Shown here: positions 9,480 to 17,836 of the stretch, one piece after another
Numbering within the stretch: position 1 is the first letter of the stretch
How the letters are laid out: each line of letters opens with the position of its first letter
Source: an uncultured virus (IMG/VR IMGVR_UViG_3300020578_000049)
Taxonomy: Duplodnaviria > Heunggongvirae > Uroviricota > Caudoviricetes
Strand: one strand, 5' to 3'
Virus record (IMG/VR): IMGVR_UViG_3300020578_000049
Length of the DNA: 20,000 bases
Made by a program: the position numbers and the translations under genes
The notes under the pieces: generated by a model
Databases searched by the model: none
What the model saw: the letters and a program-made list of their open reading frames with translations, nothing else
Told to the model about the DNA's origin: nothing

Positions 9480-9661
9480 TTCTGGTTCATAAATTTTTGT
9501 CGGTGAATTGCTTTTTGTAGAACTTGTCTTCTTTCTACTGATTTTTTTGTAAATTCTTTTCTATAATTAAGATTGGAATTTTGTCTGGTTTTTATAACCT
9601 TACCTTTTAATTCTTTAAGTGCTTTTTCGATGTCGTTTTTTTTTACTTGTATTATTAACAT
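9476..9661 (-). CDS. rpsU: Ribosomal protein bS21, Bacteroidota-like
   Basis: MLIIQVKKNDIEKALKELKGKVIKT...RKEFTKKSVERRQVLQKA fits the bS21 pattern (I-D/E-x-A-L-K...R-x-x-F-x-K-P/K-S-V-x-R-R). The MLII start resembles Flavobacteriia bS21. Its context matches described bS21 phages. Confidence 0.9.
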   Translation of the reverse strand: MLIIQVKKNDIEKALKELKGKVIKTRQNSNLNYRKEFTKKSVERRQVLQKAIHRQKFMNQN

Positions 9662-9677
9662 ATATGATTTTATTTTA

Positions 9678-9709
9678 TTTGATATATATTACAAAATTAT
9701 GTAAATTTA
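9678..9709. promoter_or_regulatory. Possible overlapping divergent Bacteroidota sigma-A-type promoters
   Basis: Minus strand: TAATTTTG (9699-9692) equals the TAnnTTTG -7 box, 30 nt upstream of bS21, with no clean -33. Plus strand: TTTG (9678-9681)-N20-TAAATTTA (9702-9709, one mismatch) upstream of ORF 9744. Confidence 0.45.
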
Positions 9710-9743
9710 AATAAAATAAACATCGAGACTATGAAAAATTTTT

Positions 9744-10211
9744 ATGAAAAAGGGAAAAACCTCAAAAATTAATGGATTTCGTACATCCAAAGTAACTTAT
9801 GGAACTGTAGATTCCAAAAATTTTAAATCACTTTATTTAAACATCCAAACTTGGGTGGAGCCAAAAAAAGAATCCGAAAACTGGAATAGGGTTGTTCTCA
9901 ATATGAATAGAAGTGTTAAACATTCCGTTCATAATCACATAAGTAAAGAAATTTTTGATGTAAAATTTATTGTAGATTTAGACCTTAGAACAAGTGGTTT
10001 ACAGATAAAGAAAAAATCTTTTATGAATTTAGAAATAACTTTATTTTTAAATCAAGAAATAGACTTTAAATCAACGAAATTAAAAAAATATCTTAAAAAT
10101 CTAACAAAAGAAATTTATTCAGATGTATTTCTTGGCAATGAGTATTTCAAATTTTATTTCACAAAAAATGGAAATACTAAACCTTTAAAAGTAAAAACCG
10201 AAAAAGTTTAA
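9744..10211 (+). CDS. Hypothetical basic protein (155 aa)
   Basis: ORF divergent from bS21, Lys-rich, alpha/beta-like pattern. Confidence 0.8.
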   Translation: MKKGKTSKINGFRTSKVTYGTVDSKNFKSLYLNIQTWVEPKKESENWNRVVLNMNRSVKHSVHNHISKEIFDVKFIVDLDLRTSGLQIKKKSFMNLEITLFLNQEIDFKSTKLKKYLKNLTKEIYSDVFLGNEYFKFYFTKNGNTKPLKVKTEKV

Positions 10212-10232
10212 TATTTATAATAAAATTTAAAT

Positions 10233-10949
10233 ATGAAAATTTTAGGACCAAACGAAACTGGAAAAGGAATCCTTATCGAATATGACGCTGGGTATATAAA
10301 CCCAAGAAGTCAAAATAATCATTACATAATGGAATCCCAAAATTTTTTGGACCATTCAAAACCATTTGAATTTTACGCTGTTCTACAAAAGTACGATACC
10401 CCGAATAGAAACGGTAGAGTGTATCCAGAAAAGATATTAAAAAGGGAAGTAGAAAATTATAAAAAAATAATTGAAAAGGGAACTTCACTTTCTGAACTTA
10501 ATCACCCAGAATCTTCATTAATTGATCTTGATAGGGTATCACACATTATTACTGATGTGTGGTGGGATGGTCCGATATTACTTGGTAAATTGAAACTATT
10601 AACATCACCTGGTTTTCACGAAAGAGGAGTTTGTTCAACAAAGGGAGACTTAGCTGCAAACTATTTAAGACAGGGAGTCACACTTGGTATTTCTTCTCGT
10701 GGTGTTGGTTCGTTAAAAAAGGTTGGTGAACAAAACGAAGTACAAGATGATTTTGAATTAATTTGTTTTGACCTTGTATCTTCACCGTCAACACCAGGTG
10801 CTTATCTTTTCTTAGATAAAAATGATAGAATAAAATTTGATGAAAACTTGGAAGAAGAAAAAAGAATGAACGTGGAAAGAAATGTTGGTGAAAGTGGTAA
10901 CAAATCTCTTGACTTAATGAAAAGATTATCCGATTATTTGGGTAAATAA
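10233..10949 (+). CDS. Prohead core protein protease (T4 gp21-like)
   Basis: NRNGRVYP, ELNHP (catalytic His), GISSRGVGS (catalytic Ser), FDLVSSPSTPGAY. Confidence 0.95.
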   Translation: MKILGPNETGKGILIEYDAGYINPRSQNNHYIMESQNFLDHSKPFEFYAVLQKYDTPNRNGRVYPEKILKREVENYKKIIEKGTSLSELNHPESSLIDLDRVSHIITDVWWDGPILLGKLKLLTSPGFHERGVCSTKGDLAANYLRQGVTLGISSRGVGSLKKVGEQNEVQDDFELICFDLVSSPSTPGAYLFLDKNDRIKFDENLEEEKRMNVERNVGESGNKSLDLMKRLSDYLGK

Positions 10950-10957
10950 AAAAAATT

Positions 10958-11173
10958 ATGGAACAAGGAGAAAAATATTTTGTAGCAAAGATTACATCAG
11001 ATTTGTTAGATTCGGAATCTGGAAGAGTAAAAAAACAAAAAGAAGAAAAATTAGTTTTGGGTTACACGCCGACGGATGTTGAAGCTAAAGTAACTAAAAT
11101 CTATGAAAATTACACAATGGATTGGAGAATTACGTCAATCACAGAAAGTAAAATTGATGAAGTTATAGAATAA
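10958..11173 (+). CDS. Small protein resembling one DUF4494-type unit
   Basis: Pattern YFVAKI...GRVKKQKEEKLV.G.T.TDVEAKV...ITSITESKIDEV resembles Bacteroidota DUF4494 (from memory). Confidence 0.55.
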   Translation: MEQGEKYFVAKITSDLLDSESGRVKKQKEEKLVLGYTPTDVEAKVTKIYENYTMDWRITSITESKIDEVIE

Positions 11174-11193
11174 AACCCAAAATAATAAAGATT

Positions 11194-11228
11194 AAAAAAG
11201 GGAATGACAATAGTTGTTCCCTTTTTTT
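11194..11228 (+). terminator. Intrinsic terminator, possibly bidirectional
   Basis: AAAAAAGGGAA-tgacaatagttg-TTCCCTTTTTTT. Confidence 0.85.
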
Positions 11229-11290
11229 ATTGTCAAAAATCAAACTTTTTCAAAAATCAATGTATTTATTTGAATAAAGTCAAAAAAAAA

Positions 11291-12928
11291 ATGGCAAAAA
11301 ATCAAAGAGAAATCGAAGACGCGTTATTCCAGATTAAGAATTTGGAAGAGTCTTTACAAAGAAATGCACAAGGAATACTTTCTTCAACAATGAAGGATGA
11401 AATCAAATCATTAGTAAAAGAATCTCTGACAGAACAAGATGAGGTTGAGGATGACGAAGTTGACGTGGACGTTGAGGACACAGATACTGATAATGAAGAA
11501 GAAGAAACTGATGACGAAGTATATGCTACAGATGATGTAGATGATGAAGAAATGATGGGTCAACCAGTTATGCCTTCTGATGATGACACAGTAGATATGA
11601 CCGGAGCTTCTGATGCTGAAGTTTTAAGAGTATTTAGAGCAATGGGTGATAACGATGGTGTTATTGTAAAAAGAGACGATAATATGATACATTTATCAGA
11701 TAACGAAAACGATACAGAATATATTATCCAACTTTCTGAATCGATGATGGATGATAGTGAATTGAAAGAATTTGGAAAATCTGAATTTGATATGTATTCA
11801 CATCATTCTGATGGTGAAGATGAAGATGAAGATGAATTTGAAGATGACGATGATTTCAGCTTTATGTCATATGATGAAGAAGATGATGACGACTATATGC
11901 CTATGAACAAATTGGATATGGGTATTAGAAAAAAAGGAATGCTTAATCAAGATCCTATGGGTGGAAGATTTAAATCTAATGATTTTGATTTCGAAGAAGA
12001 AGATGATTTTGATTTCGAAGAAGAAGATGATTTTGATTATTCAGAATTTGGGGAAGATAAAGAAACAATCACTATGGATAATGGTCAAGAATCTTCTAGA
12101 GAACGAACTGAAAACATCTATGAATTAGAATTGGATGATGATATGATGGATTTTGAAGATTCTGAAACCCCAATTGAATTTATGGAAGACGATTTTGAAG
12201 ATATTCGTAACCATAGAATGATGGAGTCAAAAGGATTCAAAGCAAAAGGTGTTGGAATGGGTAATGCTTCTAAGTATAAAATGAGTAAAAAACCAAATAT
12301 GGATGGTGGCTTTAAAACTGTTAAGAAAAATGCCAACAAAACTATGGGTACTGGTAAAGCAAAATTTGAATACAAAGAAGGTGAAAACTTAAATGGTGAA
12401 TTCAAGGTAAAACCAACTTCTAGAAAATCAGAATTTAAAGAAGCTTCAAGAACTTTAGGTAATGGTAAGTCTTGGGGTGAAGGTGGTGTAAATAAAAGAA
12501 GAACAGCACCAGCTAACCTAAGAAAAGAAAGTACAGAAGAACTTGAATTGTTAAGAACTAAGAATGACGAATACAGAAAAGCACTTGATTTATTTAGAAC
12601 TAAATTAAATGAAGTTGCGGTATTTAATTCTAACCTTGCATACGCTACAAGACTATTTACTGAGCATTCAACAACTAAACAAGAAAAGATAAATATTCTT
12701 AGAAGATTTGACAATGTTGAAACTTTAAAAGAATCTAAAAATCTTTACAGAACATTAAAGTCTGAATTAGGAAATGTAAAAACAAGTGAAAATACGATTA
12801 CAGAATCGGTACAGAGAAGAGTTGAAATTACTCCATCTACTGGATCTGCAGTAAATTTGATTGAATCAAAAACGTATGAAAATCCACAATTTTTACGAAT
12901 GAAAGACTTAATGACGAAAATAAAATAA
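11291..12928 (+). CDS. Prohead core/scaffolding protein (T4 gp22-like position), 545 aa from ATG 11291
   Basis: Very acidic N-terminal/central part and coiled-coil C-terminus, between protease and MCP. The track start at 11204 lies inside a terminator, so 11291 (MAKNQRE) is preferred. Confidence 0.75.
   Translation: MAKNQREIEDALFQIKNLEESLQRNAQGILSSTMKDEIKSLVKESLTEQDEVEDDEVDVDVEDTDTDNEEEETDDEVYATDDVDDEEMMGQPVMPSDDDTVDMTGASDAEVLRVFRAMGDNDGVIVKRDDNMIHLSDNENDTEYIIQLSESMMDDSELKEFGKSEFDMYSHHSDGEDEDEDEFEDDDDFSFMSYDEEDDDDYMPMNKLDMGIRKKGMLNQDPMGGRFKSNDFDFEEEDDFDFEEEDDFDYSEFGEDKETITMDNGQESSRERTENIYELELDDDMMDFEDSETPIEFMEDDFEDIRNHRMMESKGFKAKGVGMGNASKYKMSKKPNMDGGFKTVKKNANKTMGTGKAKFEYKEGENLNGEFKVKPTSRKSEFKEASRTLGNGKSWGEGGVNKRRTAPANLRKESTEELELLRTKNDEYRKALDLFRTKLNEVAVFNSNLAYATRLFTEHSTTKQEKINILRRFDNVETLKESKNLYRTLKSELGNVKTSENTITESVQRRVEITPSTGSAVNLIESKTYENPQFLRMKDLMTKIK
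11981..12038 (+). repeat. 24-bp coding tandem repeat (DFDFEEED), about 2.4 copies
   Basis: gattttgatttcgaagaagaagat twice, then gattttgatt. Confidence 0.9.
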
Positions 12929-12997
12929 ACATTTTAAAAAAACAGTATATTTATAATATACATAAATAAAAAAATAAAACAAAAAAAACAAATAAAA

Positions 12998-14839
12998 ATG
13001 GGAGCATTATTAGAATCAGGTCTTGTTGGTAACATAGGTCTAAAACACCTAAAAGTTATCAAAGAAGATACAATTAACAAATGGGATAGATTAGGATTCC
13101 TAGAAGGTCTTAGAGGACATTTAAAAGAGAACGTTGCGCAGTTGTATGAAAACCAAGCGTCTCACCTAATTAACGAAGCAACTTCTGAAGGTTCAAACGG
13201 AGCTTTCGAAACTGTTGTTTTTCCTATCGTTAGAAGAGTTTTTTCTAAATTATTAGCTAACGATATCGTATCTGTACAAGCTATGAACTTACCAATTGGT
13301 AAATTGTTCTACTTTGTACCTAAAATCCAAGGATATTCTACTGATGTTGCAGCAGGTGACGCAGCTCATTATCCACCAGTTGGTTCTCCAGAAGCTGTTA
13401 ATTTAACACAAAATAGTCCAGGACAAGGTTATGATACTGGGTATCCTTATGCAAAAAATCTTTATGATTTATTCTATGAAGGTGCAGAACCAGGATTAGA
13501 TCCTGCCGGTTTATTTGACTACTCAAAAGGTCGTTGGTCAGCAATTACAGCTCCAGCCACAGTTGTTGTTTGGTCAAATGGTAATTTAGCTGATGCAATA
13601 GGAACAACAGTTAATGCTTATACTGGTAACACAAGAAAAGTTCTTATCAAACTTTGTGGATGGACTAACGTACTAGGTGCTGGTAAATTAATTGGTCCTG
13701 ATGGTAATGAAATCGATTCTGAAACTTTCCTTTCTGATTTGAAAATCTTACCTAATACAGGTCTTGCGTTTGCGGCTTCTAACGTATGTCCATTACCTAC
13801 TGCATCTACACCACTTTTATTTAGAGTTGTTACTCAAAAATATGGTAAAGGAATCGTTCAATACGGTAGTCAACAAGGAACAACTTTCCCAACAACTGGA
13901 AATGGTGGATCTTTCTACGATATCTGTGATGCGGATGGTTGTATCTTCTTAGAAGTTGACCTTTCTTGCCCTGCTTGTGCATCTTGTGGTTCTGATTCAC
14001 TTGACGGATACACAGGTTCTTCTATTTCTGCAATTACTTCTGGAACATCATTTACTGCTGTATGGAGAAGATATGAAGAATTAGAATTCGAAGAAAAAAT
14101 CGGAGAAGTTTCTTTTGATTTGGAATCTGTAACAGTTTCTGTAACTGAAAGAAAATTAAGAGCACAATGGTCTCCAGAGCTTGCTCAAGACGTTGCTGCG
14201 TTCCACAACATCGATGCTGAAGCTGAACTTACAGCATTACTTTCTGAGCAAGTTGCTGCTGAAATCGATAGAGAAATCATGAGAGATTTGAGAAAAGGTG
14301 CTGCTTGGAACTTAAGATGGGATTACAACGGATGGAGAAGATTGTCTTTAACAACTTCTTATACTCAAAAAGATTGGAACCAAACTTTGATTACTGCAAT
14401 CAACCAATTGTCTGCACAAATTCACAAATCAACTTTGAGAGGTGGTGCTAACTGGATTGTTGTATCTTCTGAAGTTTCTGCAATCTTTGATGACTTAGAA
14501 TACTTCCACGTATCTAACGCGTCTCCTGAGCAAGACCAATACAACATGGGTATTGAAAGAGTTGGTACTTTAGCTGGTCGTTACCAAGTGTATAGAGACC
14601 CTTACTTCCCACCAAACACAATCTTGTTGGGTCATAAAGGTACTTCTTTATTAGACACTGGATACATCTACGCTCCGTATGTACCTCTTCAATTAACACC
14701 TACAATGTATAACCCATTCAACTTTACGCCTATCAAAGGTATTATGACCAGATATGCGAAAAAAATGGTAAATAACCGCTTCTATGCCCGTGTTACCGTT
14801 GATGGAGTTCGTACATTTGATTTAAGAGAATTGAGATAA
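12998..14839 (+). CDS. Major capsid protein (T4 gp23-like)
   Basis: PIVRRVF..L.ANDIVSVQAM..P.G..F, RKLRAQWSPELAQDVAAFHNIDAEAEL..LLSEQVAAEIDREI, GYIYAPYVPL, F.PIKGIMTRYA. Codon usage is biased as in highly expressed genes (ttc, aac, atc). Confidence 0.97.
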   Translation: MGALLESGLVGNIGLKHLKVIKEDTINKWDRLGFLEGLRGHLKENVAQLYENQASHLINEATSEGSNGAFETVVFPIVRRVFSKLLANDIVSVQAMNLPIGKLFYFVPKIQGYSTDVAAGDAAHYPPVGSPEAVNLTQNSPGQGYDTGYPYAKNLYDLFYEGAEPGLDPAGLFDYSKGRWSAITAPATVVVWSNGNLADAIGTTVNAYTGNTRKVLIKLCGWTNVLGAGKLIGPDGNEIDSETFLSDLKILPNTGLAFAASNVCPLPTASTPLLFRVVTQKYGKGIVQYGSQQGTTFPTTGNGGSFYDICDADGCIFLEVDLSCPACASCGSDSLDGYTGSSISAITSGTSFTAVWRRYEELEFEEKIGEVSFDLESVTVSVTERKLRAQWSPELAQDVAAFHNIDAEAELTALLSEQVAAEIDREIMRDLRKGAAWNLRWDYNGWRRLSLTTSYTQKDWNQTLITAINQLSAQIHKSTLRGGANWIVVSSEVSAIFDDLEYFHVSNASPEQDQYNMGIERVGTLAGRYQVYRDPYFPPNTILLGHKGTSLLDTGYIYAPYVPLQLTPTMYNPFNFTPIKGIMTRYAKKMVNNRFYARVTVDGVRTFDLRELR

Positions 14840-14860
14840 TCAAAATCTTAACTAAATAAG

Positions 14861-14891
14861 AAAAAGGAGACAATAAATTGTCTCCTTTTTT
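14861..14891 (+). terminator. Intrinsic terminator after MCP
   Basis: AAAAAGGAGACAAT-AA-ATTGTCTCCTTTTT(T), a perfect inverted repeat with U-tract. Confidence 0.9.
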
Positions 14892-14945
14892 ATTTTTATT
14901 ATGGGAACTATAGATTTTTAGATAGAATAGTTCATATTTATTAAT

Positions 14946-15623
14946 ATGAAGAAATATGTACCAACACAAGAAATTATTGATGTAATACTTAAAATGTATA
15001 ATGATGAATTATTAGGTTCTAAATCAATTTCAAAAGAATTAAATATAAACCAACAAATCATTTTAAGAATTTTGAAAGAAAGTGGTATTCAAGTTGGTCC
15101 TTCTGGAAGAAGATTTATAGGTGGTAAAAAAATTGCAGATAAAAAATATAGACAAAAAAATAAAGAAAAATTAGATTTAAATTCTAAAAATTGGTATGAA
15201 CAAAACAAAGAACATAGAAAACAATATTTAAAAGAATACCGCGAAAAAAACATAGACAAAATTCGTGAAAATAAAAGAAACTACGAAAGAACCCGTAAAG
15301 CAAATGACCCAATTTATAAATTAATTAATAATTTTAGAACGGCAATCTATCAAGTATTAAAAGAAAACCAAGTTCAAAAAAACGGACATTATTTTGATAT
15401 ATTAAAATATTCACCAGAAAACTTAATAGAACATTTAGAAAGTAAATTCAAAGATAATATGACTTGGGACAATTATGGTGAGTGGCACGTAGACCATATA
15501 AAACCAATATCATCTTTTAAAATTACAGAAATTGGTGATAACGAATTTATGTCTTGTTGGTCATTAGACAACCTACAACCATTGTGGGGTGATGAAAATA
15601 TCCGAAAATCAAATAAATTATAA
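14946..15623 (+). CDS. HNH (beta-beta-alpha-metal) endonuclease, probably a free-standing homing endonuclease
   Basis: C-terminal MTWDNYGEWHVDHIKPISSF...NLQPLWGDENIRKSNK. N-terminal HTH-like segment and a basic helical linker. Confidence 0.85.
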   Translation: MKKYVPTQEIIDVILKMYNDELLGSKSISKELNINQQIILRILKESGIQVGPSGRRFIGGKKIADKKYRQKNKEKLDLNSKNWYEQNKEHRKQYLKEYREKNIDKIRENKRNYERTRKANDPIYKLINNFRTAIYQVLKENQVQKNGHYFDILKYSPENLIEHLESKFKDNMTWDNYGEWHVDHIKPISSFKITEIGDNEFMSCWSLDNLQPLWGDENIRKSNKL

Positions 15624-15637
15624 TCTAATTAAGGAAG

Positions 15638-16108
15638 ATGAATAGATGGGATATGTTTGAAAGGTTGTTCACATCGTTTTTGGCGTTAGCACAACCCTTC
15701 ATTGTTTATTTCCTATACGGTGACAATCACGCAATATCAAGAGTTTGGGACACACCACTACAACCTTTATTTATTATCACAAATGCTCTTGTTAGTTTTT
15801 TCTTTTTTAAAATACCTAAATGGAGAATCCCAGCGTTACTTCTTTTATTATTAACATCGTTTCCGGTTACAGATTATTTTGTATTACATAATATTTTTGC
15901 AATACTATTTTTTATATTTTCTGGTGTGTCACTCTGGAGTATAAAAAAATTCAGATACTACCTTGGGATATTTTTAATTTCGGCTTTGTTTTTGTTTCAT
16001 GGATTGTTCTGGGCTGAAACTTGGGGAATAATTACTTTGGTTGCGTATCACACACACGTTTTACTATATTCACTTAGCCTTACTAGAAATCGTTCTAATA
16101 GCCTTTGA
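15638..16108 (+). CDS. Multi-pass membrane protein (156 aa)
   Basis: About 5-6 hydrophobic segments with short basic loops. Confidence 0.75.
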   Translation: MNRWDMFERLFTSFLALAQPFIVYFLYGDNHAISRVWDTPLQPLFIITNALVSFFFFKIPKWRIPALLLLLLTSFPVTDYFVLHNIFAILFFIFSGVSLWSIKKFRYYLGIFLISALFLFHGLFWAETWGIITLVAYHTHVLLYSLSLTRNRSNSL

Positions 16109-16288
16109 AATTACTTCAACTTCACCTATACTAAAAGCACCTCTTTTATGTGCTGCTTTTACTGATTCAATTAAATAATAAATTGAATGTTCTCTATCCA
16201 TAGTTGTAAGAATTACATCGAGATGATCTTCACTTAAAAGGTTAATAGAACCAAATAAATTACCGAATAGTTTATTTTCATTTTCCAT
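16070..16288 (-). CDS. Hypothetical protein (72 aa)
   Basis: Plausible helical protein. Sense TATTTAT lies 16 nt upstream. Its 3' end overlaps the membrane protein gene by 39 bp. Confidence 0.7.
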   Translation of the reverse strand: MENENKLFGNLFGSINLLSEDHLDVILTTMDREHSIYYLIESVKAAHKRGAFSIGEVEVISKAIRTISSKAK

Positions 16289-16296
16289 AAATTATG

Positions 16297-16312
16297 ATAT
16301 TTATATAAATAT
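16297..16312. promoter_or_regulatory. Perfect 16-bp palindrome ATATTTATATAAATAT carrying one TATTTAT element per strand
   Basis: Fills most of the 24-bp gap between divergent starts 16288(-) and 16313(+). Confidence 0.7.
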
Positions 16313-17425
16313 ATGAAAATAGAAGAGATAATAAAGAATGTACTTAAAGAAGCGACTGGTGACTCAACCGGTAGTAGGGGGTCTTTTGCACCACCATTAC
16401 AACCTGGAATACGTGATTTTGATAAATCAAAATTAGCACCTTTTACAGATTCTTTAACAAACTATAAAAGTCCTTTAGTTGCATACGATAGTTATGACCA
16501 CGATTGGGATTTAACTAAAAATCAAAGGCAAAGTTTAGAAAAAACAGCAAGAAAGATATCAAATTTTATAAAAAGGCATCCAGAAGCAACTAATAGTGAT
16601 GAAGATGGTAATGTTTTGAACAGAACTCCAAGTGGTAAAGAAAATTCAAAAAAATTAGAAATAGTCCCAGTAAAACATAAAAAAAATAAATCAAAAATTA
16701 ACGAAATAACAACAACAACAACTGCTGGTGAATATTCTGGTCCACAAGAACTTGGTTTAAGAAAATGGAAAAAATCAGAACTAGGTGCTTTTGATATTGA
16801 AAGCGATAATCCACCAAATAATGTCTTCAAAAAAAGAACAACAAAAAAAAATGTACATAAAGTAGTTGGTGGTTGGGAACCACAACACGGTAACTTTGAG
16901 GTTCCAACATATGATGTTGATGGTGAACACGAATCACAATTATCAAAAGGACAACTAACAAATGACCCTATTGAATGGTATAGACCTTTAAAAAGAAAAC
17001 CAGTAACAAAAAAAGATATTATTAAAAAACAAAAAATGAATGAAGATCTTGCTGTATGGTTTGGTAAAAAGAAAAAACCAAAAGGTTCTTCAGAACCAAA
17101 AGGACCTTGGGTTGATATATGTAGAAAAGTAGATGGTAAACATCCACCTTGTGGTAGATCAGACGCTAGCACCGGTTCTTATCCTAAATGTAGAGCGGCA
17201 GGTGTGGCAGGAAAAATGTCAGATTCACAAAAAAGAAATGCTTGTCAACAAAAAAGAAGAGCCGAAAAAAATGACACACAATCTGGAAAAGGTCAAAAAC
17301 CAGTAATGGTATCACATACGAAAAAAACGAATGAAAATATAAAAAGAAGAATTATCACATTAACAGAAAATGATTTAACAAGAATTGTTAAACGTGTTTT
17401 AAATGAAGATACAAATAAAATTTAA
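16313..17425 (+). CDS. Modular hypothetical protein (370 aa): leader, two related segments, Cys-containing basic domain, second leader-like segment
   Basis: MKIEEIIKNVLKE leader, WFG...WVDIC...PCGR...YPKC domain, ends IITLTENDLTRIVKRVLNEDTNKI*. Confidence 0.8.
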   Translation: MKIEEIIKNVLKEATGDSTGSRGSFAPPLQPGIRDFDKSKLAPFTDSLTNYKSPLVAYDSYDHDWDLTKNQRQSLEKTARKISNFIKRHPEATNSDEDGNVLNRTPSGKENSKKLEIVPVKHKKNKSKINEITTTTTAGEYSGPQELGLRKWKKSELGAFDIESDNPPNNVFKKRTTKKNVHKVVGGWEPQHGNFEVPTYDVDGEHESQLSKGQLTNDPIEWYRPLKRKPVTKKDIIKKQKMNEDLAVWFGKKKKPKGSSEPKGPWVDICRKVDGKHPPCGRSDASTGSYPKCRAAGVAGKMSDSQKRNACQQKRRAEKNDTQSGKGQKPVMVSHTKKTNENIKRRIITLTENDLTRIVKRVLNEDTNKI

Positions 17426-17836
17426 GGTATTGGTAGGTTAGATTTAAAATGTGTCAACTATTTAAATGGTAATAAAAAAGAATATTTAGATTATACTTTT
17501 TTTAGTGAAACAGAACCAGGACAATTTTCTATAAAAAAAATAAAAACTAGTGCAATACCAAATGATGGGATTCAAGAACGAACTAATGAATTATTATTTT
17601 TAACAATATCACAACCAAACCAAGAAATAATGGACTTTATTAAAAGTAGGCTTCCTAATTTTTATTGGAATGAGGCGTTAAAATATATTATTTATTTGTC
17701 AACAACAGCAACACCGTCATATTTTTGTAAAGTAATGCAAAACGGTGTTGACGCAGGCGGTCAAACTTCAGAAAAATGGATTACTTTTTTTGAAAATAGC
17801 TCGGTTGCTTATAACTTACCGAATTCAATTTTCTAA
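17426..17836 (+). pseudogene. In-frame 136-codon continuation of ORF 16313 beyond TAA 17423-17425 (includes track ORF 17630-17836)
   Basis: Hand translation GIGRLDLKCVNYLNGNKKEYLDYTFFSETEPGQFSIKKIKTSAIPNDGIQERTNELLFLTISQPNQEIMDFIK... has no stop until 17834-17836. Confidence 0.65.

Noticed and set aside
11204..11290. N-terminal extension of the scaffold ORF (MTIVVPFFYC...)
   Set aside because: It starts inside a terminator hairpin and upstream of the TATTTAT element; ATG 11291 fits better.
15631..15637. SD-like AAGGAAG before ORF 15638
   Set aside because: It abuts the ATG, too close for a functional SD, and is a single instance.
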